Part shown: positions 1 through 5,844 of the stretch, piece after piece
Layout of the letters: each line of letters begins with the position of its first letter
How positions within the stretch are numbered: position 1 is the stretch's first letter
Virus record (IMG/VR): IMGVR_UViG_3300009709_000022
Span: 1-64,000 of that record
DNA from: a virus
Reading direction: 5' to 3' (one strand)
DNA length: 64,000 nt
Made by a program: the position numbers and the translations under genes
The notes under the pieces: model-generated
Told to the model about the DNA's origin: nothing
Database searches by the model: none
Seen by the model: only the letters and a program-made list of their open reading frames with translations

Positions 1-65
1 AGACGCGCTGCATTCAAAACGCAGTGTCCTCGGACGTGCGGGTTCGATCCCCGCGGCCGGCACCA
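1..65 (+). tRNA. tRNA-Leu(CAA), 5' truncated by window edge
   Basis: Anticodon loop TT-CAA-AA, long variable arm, T-loop GTTCGAT, ends ACCA. Confidence 0.85.
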
Positions 66-69
66 AGAT

Positions 70-158
70 AGTGAGTTGGGGGAGATGGATTAACCCAGCG
101 TCCTGCTAAGACGCCATGCCTGCGGGCATCATCAGTTCGAATCTGATACTCACTGCCA
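70..158 (+). tRNA. tRNA-Ser(GCT)
   Basis: Acceptor AGTGAGT/ACTCACT, arm GCGTC-CTGCTAA-GACGC, long V arm, GCCA end. Confidence 0.93.
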
Positions 159-161
159 CAT

Positions 162-250
162 GGAGGGTGCCGAGCACGGTGCTCAAACGGTCCTGAAAAC
201 CGCGGTCTGTACGCGAGTGCAGAATGGTTCAATTCCGTCACCCTCTTCCA
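162..250 (+). tRNA. tRNA-Ser(TGA) with C33
   Basis: Acceptor GGAGGGT/ACCCTCT, loop CC-TGA-AA, long V arm, CCA. Confidence 0.85.
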
Positions 251-253
251 CAT

Positions 254-338
254 GGACGCGCGGGCAAAAGGTCGCCCACCCAGTCTGTAAAACTGGGGCC
301 TCACGGCACTGAAGGTTCGACTCCTTCCGCGTCCACCA
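254..338 (+). tRNA. tRNA-Tyr(GTA)
   Basis: CCAGT-CTGTAAA-ACTGG arm, V arm, ACCA. Confidence 0.95.
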
Positions 339-381
339 TTTTTCTGTTGCATCCATGCTTGCACTCGTGAGAGATTGTTTT

Positions 382-459
382 TGCGCGGTAGAGCAGTCCG
401 GTTAGCTCGCGTGGCTCATAACCACGAGGTCGGGGGTTCGAATCCCTCCTGCGCAACCA
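382..459 (+). tRNA. tRNA-Met(CAT), initiator-like
   Basis: CGTGG-CTCATAA-CCACG; fMet-type D arm GAGCAGTCCGGTTAGCTC; only two G-C pairs at stem base and a U1-A72 pair. Confidence 0.88.
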
Positions 460-461
460 TT

Positions 462-957
462 GAAGTTCGTATCCGGGAATCAGAGAAATCTGTTGGGTGC
501 GCGCAACACAAGGCCTCTTCGAGAAAGTCCTGTGTGCCCTGGGGGTACTGAAGCCATATATCTCCCGTAGGTGGCTTCTGCGAGTCCGTCGTAACAAGGT
601 CAGCAACCGTAATATCTGCCAAAACGGACCACCGGTGACAGCTCGGAGAGACGAGCAGACATTGAGATACCACACGAGAGGGTGAAAGGAATCTCTGCTG
701 TTGTACGGTGTGTCGCTCCTAAGAGGCCAACGGTAAGGGAGCCAGCTCTACGATCAGACAACGGTTGGGCGGCAACAGAGATGCAGTTCCGAGTATCCCG
801 TATTCAGAGAGCCGGATGGGCACCGGCGTAAGCGAAGGCAAGCCGCGCCAGCGGTGATGGCAGACAGAACCGATCGATTGAGCCAGGGTATATTCCACCC
901 TGATCGGTGCCGCCGAGCAACCAAAGTCCGAGCGAGCCCGGCGCTATATCCGGGCAA
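462..957 (+). ncRNA. Large structured ncRNA, GOLLD-like candidate
   Basis: No credible ORF; helices 550-557/571-578, 584-589/624-629, 691-702/771-782, 869-876/901-908, 936-941/950-955; lies inside a tRNA array. Confidence 0.5.
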
Positions 958-979
958 AACTTTTTGCGAGGACGAAACC

Positions 980-1246
980 GTGGAAAAGACAGTTGAAGAT
1001 CGGGTAAGCGAAATACTTTTCGAGCAGATGCATGGTGGCGCTCTGACTTACAACTCGGACGAAATCAAGCCAGAATCTAGTCTTGCCGAAGATTTGGGGT
1101 TCGACTCGCTCGACCTGGTAGAGACCGTGATGACGCTTGAAGAGCAGTTCGACATCACGATCACCGACGAAGAAGCGGAAGCTGTTTCAGACAAAACCTT
1201 CGCGGATGTTGTTACTCTGGTGAAGAAAAAGCTGGAGGAGAAGTAG
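980..1246 (+). CDS. acpP: Acyl carrier protein
   Basis: LGFDSLDLVE phosphopantetheine-attachment motif, acidic, LEEQFDITI; GTG start after GAGGA. Confidence 0.9.
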   Translation: MEKTVEDRVSEILFEQMHGGALTYNSDEIKPESSLAEDLGFDSLDLVETVMTLEEQFDITITDEEAEAVSDKTFADVVTLVKKKLEEK

Positions 1247-1248
1247 CC

Positions 1249-1524
1249 ATGGCAGATCCGACGATTCCGGACGTAGAAGATAAAGAGCTTCCGCTGTACG
1301 TGTGCCACAAGGAAGTGCGCGCGCTGAAAATTGCCCGCGTCGAATACTTGAGCATGTCACTGGTGCGTGTCTACTTCGAAGATGATTCGTTTGGATTCCG
1401 CGACTATGCCACGGAGAACCGTCCTGTTCCGCAGGCCGGCTACTACTACGTGGAGTATTCGAACGGCTACTACAGTTCTTCGCCGGCGGAAGAGTTCGAA
1501 GACGGTTACACGTTGAAGCAGTAA
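1249..1524 (+). CDS. Conserved small phage protein
   Basis: YxCHKEVRALKI and GYYxxSPAEEFEDGY motifs recalled from phage proteins; RBS GGAGGAG. Confidence 0.7.
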   Translation: MADPTIPDVEDKELPLYVCHKEVRALKIARVEYLSMSLVRVYFEDDSFGFRDYATENRPVPQAGYYYVEYSNGYYSSSPAEEFEDGYTLKQ

Positions 1525-1535
1525 GCCATCAAGAT

Positions 1536-1673
1536 GGCGCCGCGCAGGCCGATCCAATCGGTCTAGTGGCGCCCCGGAAACGTTGAGCCTGGGTGATGCC
1601 AGCACGGAAGGATAGGCGCAAGCCGAAAGGAGTGGGGGCGCAGAGGAACCCCTTCCATCCGCCTCAACGTTTC
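1536..1673 (+). ncRNA. Candidate structured RNA upstream of tRNA-Asp
   Basis: 11-bp stem 1577-1587/1663-1673 enclosing 1606-1611/1651-1656 and a GCAA tetraloop hairpin; separate hairpin 1536-1573. Confidence 0.4.
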
Positions 1674-1679
1674 ACCCTC

Positions 1680-1753
1680 GGTCCCGTCGTTCAGTGGCAG
1701 GACGCTTGATTGTCTATCAGGCTACCGGAGTTCGATTCTCCGCGGGACCGCCA
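1680..1753 (+). tRNA. tRNA-Asp(GTC)
   Basis: GGTCCCG/CGGGACC acceptor, loop TT-GTC-TA, GCCA. Confidence 0.92.
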
Positions 1754-1774
1754 AAGATTTGCGAGGACGACGCA

Positions 1775-1945
1775 ATGGACCTATACGCGAGAAAAGCTGA
1801 AGACGGCAGTTGCTGGCTTGTTCTGAAGAGAGTTTTCGGCCCGAGCAGTGAGGGCTGGAAAGAGCGATTTCCCCGGTGGGAAGAAGTTGTTGGTATGGGC
1901 TCTACTCGGAAACAAGCATTTGCCGATGCTGAGGCGCGCGCATGA
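1775..1945 (+). CDS. Small hypothetical protein
   Basis: ATG after GCGAGGACGA motif; overlaps next gene (ATGA). Confidence 0.6.
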   Translation: MDLYARKAEDGSCWLVLKRVFGPSSEGWKERFPRWEEVVGMGSTRKQAFADAEARA

Positions 1946-2208
1946 GTAACTGGGGAACAGTAGAGACGTGGAGCGAAGACAAGAGCGAGACTATCGCGCT
2001 TGATGTCGTTCCTGTTTTGGAGTTCAACGGTGAAGTGTTCATGTCGGCCGCGCATGAAAAGGGTGAGCTTTGCCAATGCAAGCCACTTGGTATGAAGAAC
2101 GACCAAGGAATCCAGATGTGGATTCACAACGACCCCGAACATCCAGGTTCAAACGAACGCATCGCCACTGGCGATTACGAAGGAGTGCATCATGGCCGGA
2201 TTCAGTAA
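1942..2208 (+). CDS. Hypothetical protein
   Basis: Coupled ORF in operon. Confidence 0.6.
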   Translation: MSNWGTVETWSEDKSETIALDVVPVLEFNGEVFMSAAHEKGELCQCKPLGMKNDQGIQMWIHNDPEHPGSNERIATGDYEGVHHGRIQ

Positions 2209-2410
2209 AGAAGACATTGAAGAGTTGTTCACGTATCACGCACCAAAGGATGATCAGCCACAGCGATACCAGGCCATTCGTGATGCTGCCAAGCAGTTTG
2301 CGCTCGTGTTGATTGCAAACACGAAGCCGAGCGCGGACCAGTCATCCGCTGTTCGCCATCTTCGCGATTGTGTGATGACTGCCAATGCCTCGATCGCGCT
2401 GGAGAAGTAG
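2192..2410 (+). CDS. Acb2/Tad1-hairpin-like protein (putative immune-signal sponge)
   Basis: FTYHAP...RYQAIR.AAK...S.D.S.A...L...VM.ANASIA pattern, recalled family resemblance; RBS AAGGAG. Confidence 0.6.
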   Translation: MAGFSKEDIEELFTYHAPKDDQPQRYQAIRDAAKQFALVLIANTKPSADQSSAVRHLRDCVMTANASIALEK

Positions 2411-2412
2411 CC

Positions 2413-2565
2413 ATGGAGAAGACCTACCAAGTTAAGGCTTTCACTTCGTGCCGTGACATGGAAGATTGGCTCAACGAAAACGCGACTGAATATGAACCCA
2501 TCAGCATTGCAGACGCCGACCGCTATGTCACTGTGTTGGTGAAGCGCATCATCAAGCCGAGTTAG
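2413..2565 (+). CDS. Small hypothetical protein
   Basis: RBS GGAGAAG, tight operon spacing. Confidence 0.55.
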   Translation: MEKTYQVKAFTSCRDMEDWLNENATEYEPISIADADRYVTVLVKRIIKPS

Positions 2566-2566
2566 C

Positions 2567-3082
2567 ATGGCGAAGATCGTCACCTATCCGAGCGACATCC
2601 TGAAGACGAACTGCACGCCGGTAGAACCCGGCAGCAGTGTCGCTCACCATCTGCAGCGCGAGCTTCGTGCCACCATGCACGCCGGCCGCGCTCAGGGGAT
2701 CGGCCTGGCAGCGCCGCAGATTGGCATTACGCTGCGCGCGTTCGCCATGGATACGCGATTCCTGAAGTTGAAGTGCCCCGACGTGTTCTTTAATCCTGAA
2801 GTGATCGAAGAGAGCCCAGAGGTGGACGTAGAGGAAGAATCTTGTCTCAGCTTTCCGCCCAAAGTGAAAGTGCGTGTACAGCGCAGGAAGCGTGTGCGGG
2901 TCAAGGCGTGTGATGTGAACGGCAAGGATTTCGAGATTGATTTGGTCGGGCTCGCCGCGCGTTGCGCGCTGCATGAGATCGACCACCTGAACGGCAAAAC
3001 AATCCTTGACCACGCGGGGAAGAAAGAAAAAAATCGCATCCTTGGTGAAATTGCGGTTGACATCAAGCGTGGGCGCAAGTAG
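2567..3082 (+). CDS. def: Peptide deformylase
   Basis: GIGLAAPQIG, ESCLS, HEIDHLNG motifs. Confidence 0.95.
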   Translation: MAKIVTYPSDILKTNCTPVEPGSSVAHHLQRELRATMHAGRAQGIGLAAPQIGITLRAFAMDTRFLKLKCPDVFFNPEVIEESPEVDVEEESCLSFPPKVKVRVQRRKRVRVKACDVNGKDFEIDLVGLAARCALHEIDHLNGKTILDHAGKKEKNRILGEIAVDIKRGRK

Positions 3083-3085
3083 ATT
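3057..3085 (+). promoter_or_regulatory. Sigma70-type promoter for tRNA operon 2
   Basis: TTGACA (3057-3062), 17 bp, TAGATT (3080-3085). Confidence 0.8.
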
Positions 3086-3095
3086 CGAAATCGTT

Positions 3096-3167
3096 ATGAA
3101 GATGTCGATGACACATACGTTTACCAATCGCGCCGCGGCACAACCGCGCCAGGGTATCCGCATGTAA
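3096..3167 (+). CDS. Attenuator leader peptide 1 (MKMSMTHTFTNRAAAQPRQGIRM)
   Basis: 23-codon ORF just after the promoter; codons 6-20 are all read by downstream-cluster tRNAs. Confidence 0.75.
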   Translation: MKMSMTHTFTNRAAAQPRQGIRM

Positions 3168-3238
3168 GCGCCAGATCTTCTCCAGGTAAAACCAGAGAGG
3201 CCCCCCGGCGCTAACCAGCCCAGGGGGCCATAGTTTTT
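3167..3238 (+). terminator. Attenuator 1 (antiterminator/terminator)
   Basis: Terminator GGCCCCC 3199-3205/GGGGGCC 3223-3229 with T-run 3234-3238; competing helix 3167-3172/3207-3212 plus 3177-3182/3195-3200. Confidence 0.6.
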
Positions 3239-3244
3239 GCACGA

Positions 3245-3319
3245 TGTTCGGTAGCTCAATGGAAGAGCGCGGAGCTGTTAACTCCGGAGATGTGGGTTCG
3301 ACCCCCACCTGAACAGCCA
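3245..3319 (+). tRNA. tRNA-Asn(GTT)
   Basis: CGGAG-CTGTTAA-CTCCG, GCCA. Confidence 0.93.
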
Positions 3320-3325
3320 GTTTGA

Positions 3326-3402
3326 TGGGAAGTAGTTCAAGTAGGCAGAACGCTGCGCTCTGGACGCAGAGGTTGAAGGTTCGAGGCCTTCCTTCCCATC
3401 CA
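3326..3402 (+). tRNA. tRNA-Gln(CTG)
   Basis: CTGCG-CTCTGGA-CGCAG, U1-A72, CCA. Confidence 0.92.
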
Positions 3403-3412
3403 CAAATTTTGA

Positions 3413-3486
3413 TCCGTGTTCGTTCAATGGTAGGACGGCGACCTTTGGAGTCACCTATCGGGGTTCGATTCCCTGACACGGATCCA
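3413..3486 (+). tRNA. tRNA-Gln(TTG)
   Basis: Loop CT-TTG-GA, acceptor TCCGTGT/ACACGGA, CCA. Confidence 0.9.
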
Positions 3487-3490
3487 GTTT

Positions 3491-3566
3491 GCGGGAATAG
3501 CTCAGTGGTATGAGCGTCGGCTTGCCAAGTCGAAGGCCGTGGGTTCGACCCCCACTTCCCGCTCCA
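3491..3566 (+). tRNA. tRNA-Gly(GCC)
   Basis: GCGGGAA start, loop TT-GCC-AA, TCCA. Confidence 0.95.
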
Positions 3567-3573
3567 CTTCAAC

Positions 3574-3649
3574 GCCGGTGTAGCTCAGTTGGAAGAGCAG
3601 CGCACTCGTAACGCGCAGGTCGCCGGTTCGATTCCGGCCGCCGGCTCCA
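3574..3649 (+). tRNA. tRNA-Thr(CGT)
   Basis: Loop CT-CGT-AA, canonical cloverleaf. Confidence 0.93.
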
Positions 3650-3673
3650 AAAGGAAGAGGAAGGAGGCAACGT

Positions 3674-4186
3674 GTGGGACGCATTCTTGAAGCTGCGGTG
3701 TTGGTTCTCAACGCATCGTACGAGCCTATTCACATCTGCGGCGCACGTCGTGCTCTTTCTCTTGTAGTGAAGGACACGGCGCATGTTGAGCATCACACGG
3801 GCCGCGAAGTCTATGCCGGGATCATGCTTCCGAGCGTTATCCGTTTGAAGCGGTACCGCAAGGTTCCGAATCGTGTGCAGGTGTTGACGCGGAAGAATGT
3901 GCTGATGCGCGACAACAACACCTGCCAGTATTGCGGCGTAGTGTTCGTGCCGTCTGAATTGACGCTTGACCACGTCATGCCGCGGTCTCGGGGTGGTATA
4001 TCGACGTGGGAGAACCTGGTCGCCGCGTGTGGCCCGTGCAATCGCGAGAAGGCGGATCGTACGCCAGAGGAGGCCTGCATGCCGCTTCTGCGGCGTCCCA
4101 GGCCTGTCACGCTACACACGGCGCGCGGGATCCTTCGTCAGCATGGTCATTCGATGGAGGCGTGGCGTCCGTACTTGTTCTTTTAA
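3674..4186 (+). CDS. HNH endonuclease (McrA-like)
   Basis: VLVLNASYEP, RDNNTCQYCG, TLDHVMPRSRGG, NLVAACGPCN; RBS AAGGAGG. Confidence 0.92.
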   Translation: MGRILEAAVLVLNASYEPIHICGARRALSLVVKDTAHVEHHTGREVYAGIMLPSVIRLKRYRKVPNRVQVLTRKNVLMRDNNTCQYCGVVFVPSELTLDHVMPRSRGGISTWENLVAACGPCNREKADRTPEEACMPLLRRPRPVTLHTARGILRQHGHSMEAWRPYLFF

Positions 4187-4262
4187 GCCGCTGGAGTTCG
4201 GGAGGTAGAACGCTCCCTTGGTATGGGAGAGGATTCGGGTTCGACGCCCGACAGCGGCTCCA
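4187..4262 (+). tRNA. tRNA-Thr(GGT)
   Basis: CTCCC-TTGGTAT-GGGAG; abuts HNH stop codon. Confidence 0.88.
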
Positions 4263-4269
4263 ACAATTC

Positions 4270-4345
4270 GCCCGGTTAGCTCATTCGGTAGAGCGCCTGT
4301 TTTGTACTCAGGAGGCGGCGGGATCATAGCCTGCACCGGGCTCCA
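4270..4345 (+). tRNA. tRNA-Thr(TGT), atypical T-loop
   Basis: Loop TT-TGT-AC; T-loop ATCATAG. Confidence 0.8.
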
Positions 4346-4351
4346 ACATGT

Positions 4352-4427
4352 GGAGGGTATGGCCGAGCGGCAGAGGCGCAGGTCTGTGGCACCTGAAACC
4401 GGAGTTCAAGTCTCCGTGCCCTCCCCA
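4352..4427 (+). tRNA. tRNA-His(GTG)
   Basis: CAGGT-CTGTGGC-ACCTG, encoded G-1:C73. Confidence 0.92.
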
Positions 4428-4447
4428 ATAAGTTCGTTGTAAGAAGT

Positions 4448-4522
4448 GGGCGCGTAGTGCTAGCGGGAACACATCCGGCCTGCAACCGGAAATTGAGGGT
4501 TCGACTCCCTCCGTGTCCACCA
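4448..4522 (+). tRNA. tRNA-Ala(TGC) with C33
   Basis: TCCGG-CCTGCAA-CCGGA; G3:U70 Ala identity pair; A73. Confidence 0.87.
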
Positions 4523-4528
4523 AGTTTT

Positions 4529-4604
4529 GGCTGAGTAGCTGATGAGGTCTTAGCGCCGCGCTGAAAACGCGGAGATGTCGGTTCGATACCGGCCTCAGCC
4601 ACCA
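4529..4604 (+). tRNA. tRNA-Phe(GAA)
   Basis: CCGCG-CTGAAAA-CGCGG, ACCA. Confidence 0.92.
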
Positions 4605-4609
4605 TAGTT

Positions 4610-4683
4610 CGGGGTATAGCTGGAGGGTCAAGCCTACGTCCTGGGAACGTAAGATGACAGTTCGATTCTGTCTACCCCGACCA
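4610..4683 (+). tRNA. tRNA-Pro(TGG) with C33
   Basis: C1-G72, A73, TACGT-CCTGGGA-ACGTA. Confidence 0.85.
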
Positions 4684-4687
4684 TCAT

Positions 4688-4765
4688 CCACCCGTCGCCC
4701 AACTGGATAGGGCACCGCGCTACGAACGCGGAATAGTGTAGGTTCGATCCCTACCGGGTGGACCA
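4688..4765 (+). tRNA. tRNA-Arg(ACG)
   Basis: CCGCG-CTACGAA-CGCGG, ACCA. Confidence 0.92.
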
Positions 4766-4779
4766 TTTACAATGCTTGC

Positions 4780-4965
4780 ATGAGCGAGCCAAAGTACAAC
4801 CTCATGAAAGAAGCACGCGACACGGTGAGTGGGTGGGCGGCAGTGGCGAAGAACCTCACGCTGAAAGCCGCTGAGGCGATGGCAGCTCGCCGCGAAGCAC
4901 TTACACCTTGGGCATTCCACCACAAGAATCCCGATCGCGTGTATCACTTGATTGAGCCGGTGTAA
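4780..4965 (+). CDS. Small hypothetical protein
   Basis: Fills the gap between tRNA clusters; start overlaps ATGCTTGCAT motif. Confidence 0.55.
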   Translation: MSEPKYNLMKEARDTVSGWAAVAKNLTLKAAEAMAARREALTPWAFHHKNPDRVYHLIEPV

Positions 4966-4971
4966 AAATAA

Positions 4972-5002
4972 TTGCGGCGAACAGCGGTTCCTGTGGTAAG
5001 TT
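4972..5002 (+). promoter_or_regulatory. Putative extended -10 promoter for tRNA operon 3
   Basis: TGnTAAGTT at 4994-5002, TTGCGG at 4972, AT-rich upstream. Confidence 0.5.
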
Positions 5003-5024
5003 CTTCAACAGCAGATACACGATC

Positions 5025-5099
5025 ATGAGGCAGATAACCAAAAACGTCGTCACCATTCAGATTCGCGGAAAGCGGATGTGGGAAGGTGCGCGTACTTAG
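5025..5099 (+). CDS. Attenuator leader peptide 2 (MRQITKNVVTIQIRGKRMWEGART)
   Basis: 24 codons including AGG, ATA, AAA, GTC, ATT, GGA, AAG, CGG, ATG, TGG, GAA, matching downstream tRNAs. Confidence 0.75.
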   Translation: MRQITKNVVTIQIRGKRMWEGART

Positions 5100-5167
5100 G
5101 GGTCTGTTTCACAAGCTCACTTGCGACAAGTGAACGGGCCCCTCCTAACCGGAGGGGCTTTGCTTTT
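5098..5167 (+). terminator. Attenuator 2 (antiterminator/terminator)
   Basis: Terminator GCCCCTCC-TAACC-GGAGGGGC-TTTGCTTTT (5138-5167); 11-bp antiterminator 5098-5108/5133-5143 overlapping the stop codon. Confidence 0.8.
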
Positions 5168-5179
5168 GGTCTTTGACAA
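5168..5179 (+). promoter_or_regulatory. boxA-like Nus antitermination element
   Basis: GGTCTTTGACAA resembles rrn boxA GCTCTTTAACAA. Confidence 0.45.
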
Positions 5180-5198
5180 TCGAATCGTATTCACCAAT

Positions 5199-5274
5199 GA
5201 GGGTGAAGTTCATGTGGAAGAACGCCGGTCTCCAAAACCGGATGCTGCCCGTTCGAACCGGGCCACCCTCGCCA
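5199..5274 (+). tRNA. tRNA-Trp(CCA)
   Basis: CCGGT-CTCCAAA-ACCGG, GCCA. Confidence 0.93.
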
Positions 5275-5275
5275 T

Positions 5276-5350
5276 CCCTCTTTAGCTCATCGGAAGAGCA
5301 ACCGGCTCATAACCGGTAGGCGCCAGGGTCAGCACCTGGAAGAGGGACCA
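5276..5350 (+). tRNA. tRNA(CAT), elongator Met or Ile2; atypical T-loop
   Basis: ACCGG-CTCATAA-CCGGT; T-loop GTCAGCA. Confidence 0.8.
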
Positions 5351-5352
5351 TC

Positions 5353-5438
5353 GCGTCCGTGGCAGAGAGGCTTATGCACCCGACTCTTAATCGGAGGGAG
5401 AGATCCCAACGTCGGTTCGAATCCGGCCGGACGCACCA
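5353..5438 (+). tRNA. tRNA-Lys(CTT) with long variable arm
   Basis: Loop CT-CTT-AA; V-arm GGGA-GAGA-TCCC; Leu-like D arm. Confidence 0.8.
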
Positions 5439-5444
5439 ATTTTC

Positions 5445-5521
5445 GGGATCGTCGCATAGAGGATAGCTGCACTCGCCTTTTAAGCGAAGAGACGTGAGTT
5501 CGAATCTCACCGGTCCCACCA
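5445..5521 (+). tRNA. tRNA-Lys(TTT)
   Basis: Loop CT-TTT-AA, ACCA. Confidence 0.9.
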
Positions 5522-5526
5522 TTTAT

Positions 5527-5602
5527 GCGCCTGTAGCTCAGAGGACAGAGCAGTGGACTTCTAAGCCAACGGCCGCTGGTTCGACTCCAGCCAGGCGCTC
5601 CA
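5527..5602 (+). tRNA. tRNA-Arg(TCT)
   Basis: Loop CT-TCT-AA (weak stem), canonical D and T arms. Confidence 0.87.
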
Positions 5603-5607
5603 GTTTT

Positions 5608-5681
5608 GGCGTGTTCGTTCAACGGTAGGACACCTGCTTTTCACGCAGAGAACACGGGTTCAACTCCCGTACACGCCCCCA
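5608..5681 (+). tRNA. tRNA-Glu(TTC)
   Basis: Loop TT-TTC-AC, GGCGTGT/ACACGCC. Confidence 0.9.
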
Positions 5682-5682
5682 T

Positions 5683-5758
5683 GACCCTGTAGCTCAGTGG
5701 AGAGAGCGGCCGGCTCCTACCCGGCAGGTCCCGCGTTCGAGTCGCGGCAGGGTCACCA
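5683..5758 (+). tRNA. tRNA-Arg(CCT)
   Basis: GCCGG-CTCCTAC-CCGGC. Confidence 0.9.
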
Positions 5759-5762
5759 ATTC

Positions 5763-5839
5763 GCGCGCGTAGCTCAGTGGACCAGAGCGATGCTCTCCGA
5801 AGGCATAGGCCGCAGGTTCAAGTCCTGCCGCGCGCACCA
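5763..5839 (+). tRNA. tRNA-Arg(CCG)
   Basis: ATGCT-CTCCGAA-GGCAT. Confidence 0.92.
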
Positions 5840-5844
5840 GTTTC

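Noticed and set aside
588-600. 16S rRNA fragment
   Set aside because: Only a 13-nt match; the flanks are not rRNA, so there is no rRNA gene.
521-886. RNase P RNA-like words (GAAAGTCC, AGGGTGAAAGG, GCAACAGAG, GACAGAACC, TTGAGCCAG)
   Set aside because: They are not collinear with RNase P, and the 3' strand needed for the P4 helix is absent.
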